Assembly: GCF_001194135.2 (NCBI RefSeq)
Contig: NC_068984.1
Span: 128,554,989-128,618,988 of the forward strand
DNA from: Octopus bimaculoides
Taxonomy: Eukaryota
Reading direction: 5' to 3'
DNA length: 64,000 bases
Of the stretch, positions 60,700 through 64,000 are shown piece by piece. The translations under genes and the position numbers were made by a program. The first letter of the stretch is position 1, and each line of letters opens with the position of its first letter. The notes below the pieces were generated by a model. It saw only the letters and a program-made list of their open reading frames with translations. It did no database searches and was not told where the DNA came from.

Positions 60700-61700
60700 G
60701 GGAACGTGTTTATATCTTATATATTTCATTACCACAGTTAAAGGCTTTCCAATATGTAAACTATTTCACTATTTCTGATTTACTCCGCGTTTTGCATAAA
60801 ATTTATCTTTAAATAATCTGAGTTTATCTTTTCCCTTTTCTTTAAATTTCTCACAGACAGAGCCCTATTTCAGAGTTCTGTCTGCGATACTCTCTATCAA
60901 GACGAGTGTATTCAATATATGCCTCAGTGAATACTATTTATTCTAAAAGAATTCTATTTCTTGCTACTCGAGTTTTATGCCACTGTGATCTTCAGGTGAG
61001 AACTATTTTCTTTTGGTAGAATATGTTTTAATAGGGTGGATCCTTTGACAATATCAGTTGATTTCCAGATATTGTTTTCTCATGTTGCATTTTAGGGTTG
61101 TTGTCTATAGCTAACGTTTTCGCTGTTAGCTTCCAAAGCTGTTTCGTTGTTGAATTTAAAGGTGTTATTTATAGTTATAGTAATTTCATTTGTTGATTTG
61201 TTGCTGGTACTATTTTTGAATTAGTGGTTTTCGCTGCTGTTTATCTATAGATTGTTTTGTTATTTCGAAGTATTCTTGTTTACCTGGTTCTATTTCAGCT
61301 ATTGTTCTATTTCCGATATCTCGTTTTTTTTTCGCTTTTGTTGGATTATTTCATAACCTGTTTACCTGGAGTAATTAATGGTAGTTTTTGCATGTTGTTT
61401 ATTTGTTCATCGCTTAAATCGTTTTTAGGAAGTTGTTTTCTATTTTGTTAGCTATGGTTCGGTGACAGCAAGTTCCAGTTAATGAATTTGTATAACCTTT
61501 TTAGTTGAGCAGTGTTTTTAGATTTTAAGTACTCTTTGAAGGAGTTTATGTCTATTACAAGAATAATTTTAGTTAATAGAAAATTTCCAGCCCACTGCAT
61601 TATTATTACACTCTGATATATTCAGCCTACTGTTCTTATAATCTTGATTGTTATTGCCATAACGTTTCGACCGTGGACACTCTTGTCTTTTTCAGGCAGC
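60700..61700 (-). mobile_element. Degenerate Penelope-like remnant with a decayed hammerhead-like motif at about 61655-61698
   Basis: Minus strand CTGAAAA-AGAC...GTC-GAAA-CGTT. IVKGSTLLKHILPK resembles the PLE post-RT region. Confidence 0.35.
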
Positions 61701-62508
61701 ATGTTCATTCGCAAAATTTAAAATTGACAAAACAGCTATGAATATATGAAGAACACTTTTGAAGAAAATATATAATTTTAAATGATTCTTTTAAAGTGAA
61801 TATGCTTCATTCTAATTACCTTCTTTTCATTCTGTTTACCTTCTAATTATAAATTGTTTTTGAGTCCTTGAAGCTACAAATACGAAAGCTAGTTATTTAC
61901 AAATATTCACAAGCGTCATTGGCAAGCAAGTATGACTTGGTAATATGTACTGTGCTTTCGTTAAGTGCTTTAGGTATCTACAAAATCGTGAGCTGGTACA
62001 GGCACACGCTCTGCATTCCCACTCTTGACTTAGTGGAACGCCAAAGATGTGACAGTCTGGTCGAGGGAGAAAGAGAGAAAGAGAGGGAAAGAGAGGGGGA
62101 CGGAGGGGGACTTGTGCTAGCCTTCAGCTGAGTAGACTGGAGTAGCATGAAATACTTCCCTCAAGAACACAACTCACAGCCCGGTCTAGGAATCGAACCA
62201 CGTATGAATCTCATGAATGTGAGCATAACGCAGTTGCCAAAAGGCCACGTACATTCATAAACAAAAGTAAATAGGTTGACTAAATATTTTACTGGACTTG
62301 CAAAACTTATAGCTTTGTATTCAGAACTGTTGAAGTCAATTAAGTCACCCAGGGAAATTTATCAAAGATAATCCCTTACATATAGCCTTTCTTCAAATAA
62401 GTAAAACAAACAAACAATTTTTAATAAATAAATAAATAAATAAAGGATCGTGACAGTGTGTTTCAGGAAAAGGACTGAATTATTGATAGTGATATCAATG
62501 GAATAGGG

Positions 62509-62549
<41 letters not shown>

Positions 62550-63589
62550 NNNNNNNNNNNNNNNNNNNNNNNNNNNNNNNNNNNNNNNNNNNNNNNNNNN
62601 NNNNNNNNNNNNNNNNNNNNNNNNNNNNNNNNNNNNNNNNNNNNNNNNNNNNNNNNNNNNNNNNNNNNNNNNNNNNNNNNNNNNNNNNNNNNNNNNNNNN
62701 NNNNNNNNNNNNNNNNNNNNNNNNNNNNNNNNNNNNNNNNNNNNNNNNNNNNNNNNNNNNNNNNNNNNNNNNNNNNNNNNNNNNNNNNNNNNNNNNNNNN
62801 NNNNNNNNNNNNNNNNNNNNNNNNNNNNNNNNNNNNNNNNNNNNNNNNNNNNNNNNNNNNNNNNNNNNNNNNNNNNNNNNNNNNNNNNNNNNNNNNNNNN
62901 NNNNNNNNNNNNNNNNNNNNNNNNNNNNNNNNNNNNNNNNNNNNNNNNNNNNNNNNNNNNNNNNNNNNNNNNNNNNNNNNNNNNNNNNNNNNNNNNNNNN
63001 NNNNNNNNNNNNNNNNNNNNNNNNNNNNNNNNNNNNNNNNNNNNNNNNNNNNNNNNNNNNNNNNNNNNNNNNNNNNNNNNNNNNNNNNNNNNNNNNNNNN
63101 NNNNNNNNNNNNNNNNNNNNNNNNNNNNNNNNNNNNNNNNNNNNNNNNNNNNNNNNNNNNNNNNNNNNNNNNNNNNNNNNNNNNNNNNNNNNNNNNNNNN
63201 NNNNNNNNNNNNNNNNNNNNNNNNNNNNNNNNNNNNNNNNNNNNNNNNNNNNNNNNNNNNNNNNNNNNNNNNNNNNNNNNNNNNNNNNNNNNNNNNNNNN
63301 NNNNNNNNNNNNNNNNNNNNNNNNNNNNNNNNNNNNNNNNNNNNNNNNNNNNNNNNNNNNNNNNNNNNNNNNNNNNNNNNNNNNNNNNNNNNNNNNNNNN
63401 NNNNNNNNNNNNNNNNNNNNNNNATATATAATATGTGTGTGTGTGCGTGCGTGTGTGTACATGATTATATTTTGCAGGAGGCAAATAATTAAGCAATTGA
63501 GCTTATTAATATACAAAATGGTTGTGTGTGAACGTGCTCGCATATGTATGAGTGACTTTGTGCTTGAGATTGTCCCCTACACGGCTTGA

Positions 63590-63725
63590 CAACCGGTCGA
63601 ACTGTATGGAAAGTCGCAGCATTCCTAGCAGACCACCAGTGCCTGACCTCCGGCAGAATCTTCCGGGGGCGCATCGGACTGATTAGCCACATGGCCGGAC
63701 GCACAATGACCCCTCTTCCACTCCC
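63590..63725 (+). mobile_element. RTE/BovB-like LINE extreme 3' coding end
   Basis: HQCLTSGRIFRGRIGLISHMAGRT* matches the RTE C-terminal CxxCxRxFRAxIGLxSH zinc finger. Confidence 0.7.
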
Positions 63726-63794
63726 TTGTGATGCCCTGGTCATCGTCGACAACGACGGACGAACAGTAATTTACACACACACACATATATATGC

Positions 63795-64000
63795 AGGCGT
63801 AGCTGTGTGGTAAGAAGTTTCATTCTCAACTACACGGTTCCGGTTTCAGTCCACTGCGTGGCACCTTGAGCAAGTGTCTTGTACTATAGCCCCAGGCCGA
63901 CCAAAGTCTTGTGAATGGTTTTGGTAGACGGAAACTGAAAGAAGCCCGTCGTACATATATATATATGTATTCTTTTATTCTTTTATTTGTTTCAGTCATT
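63795..64000 (+). mobile_element. SINE family B copy (5' part)
   Basis: ggcgtagctgtgtggtaagaag...ggtttcagtccactgcgtggcacctt...tactatagccccaggccgacc. Confidence 0.8.

Noticed and set aside
8930-63543. Long ORFs of 150-393 aa in the ORF track
   Set aside because: They run through N gaps (poly-X) or dinucleotide and trinucleotide repeats ([20 protein letters not shown]) and are not genes.
1-64000. CRISPR arrays, operons, rRNA genes
   Set aside because: None seen; the DNA is eukaryotic and intron-rich.

Overview
AT-rich eukaryotic genomic DNA with many N gaps and microsatellites. The repeat landscape (tRNA-derived SINE families, Penelope-like remnants, MITEs) suggests an octopus/cephalopod draft assembly; this is an inference. 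One protein-coding gene can be reconstructed by hand on the minus strand, and the ORF track captures only some of its exons in the right frame. Six coding exons (33791-33704, 29925-29798, 25247-25148, 21629-21450, 18412-18257, 4239-4037) join through GT-AG introns with compatible phases into an 855-nt CDS (284 aa). The product is a secreted mosaic protease inhibitor: signal peptide, antistasin-like domain, follistatin-N-like Cys repeat, lustrin-type Cys repeat, Kunitz (P1 Arg), Kunitz (P1 Leu). The rest of the window is mostly mobile DNA: several SINE families, hAT/Kolobok/Tc1-type and foldback MITEs, Helitron-like elements, RTE and HERO-like LINE fragments, a Chapaev3-like transposase fossil and a truncated LTR element. 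Penelope-like remnants carry minimal hammerhead ribozyme motifs, including one with an intact core in sense orientation inside the gene's last intron. A few orphan exon-like segments at 36-57 kb could not be assigned. Most long ORFs in the track are N-gap or microsatellite artefacts. Repeat boundaries are approximate unless terminal repeats or TSDs are quoted.
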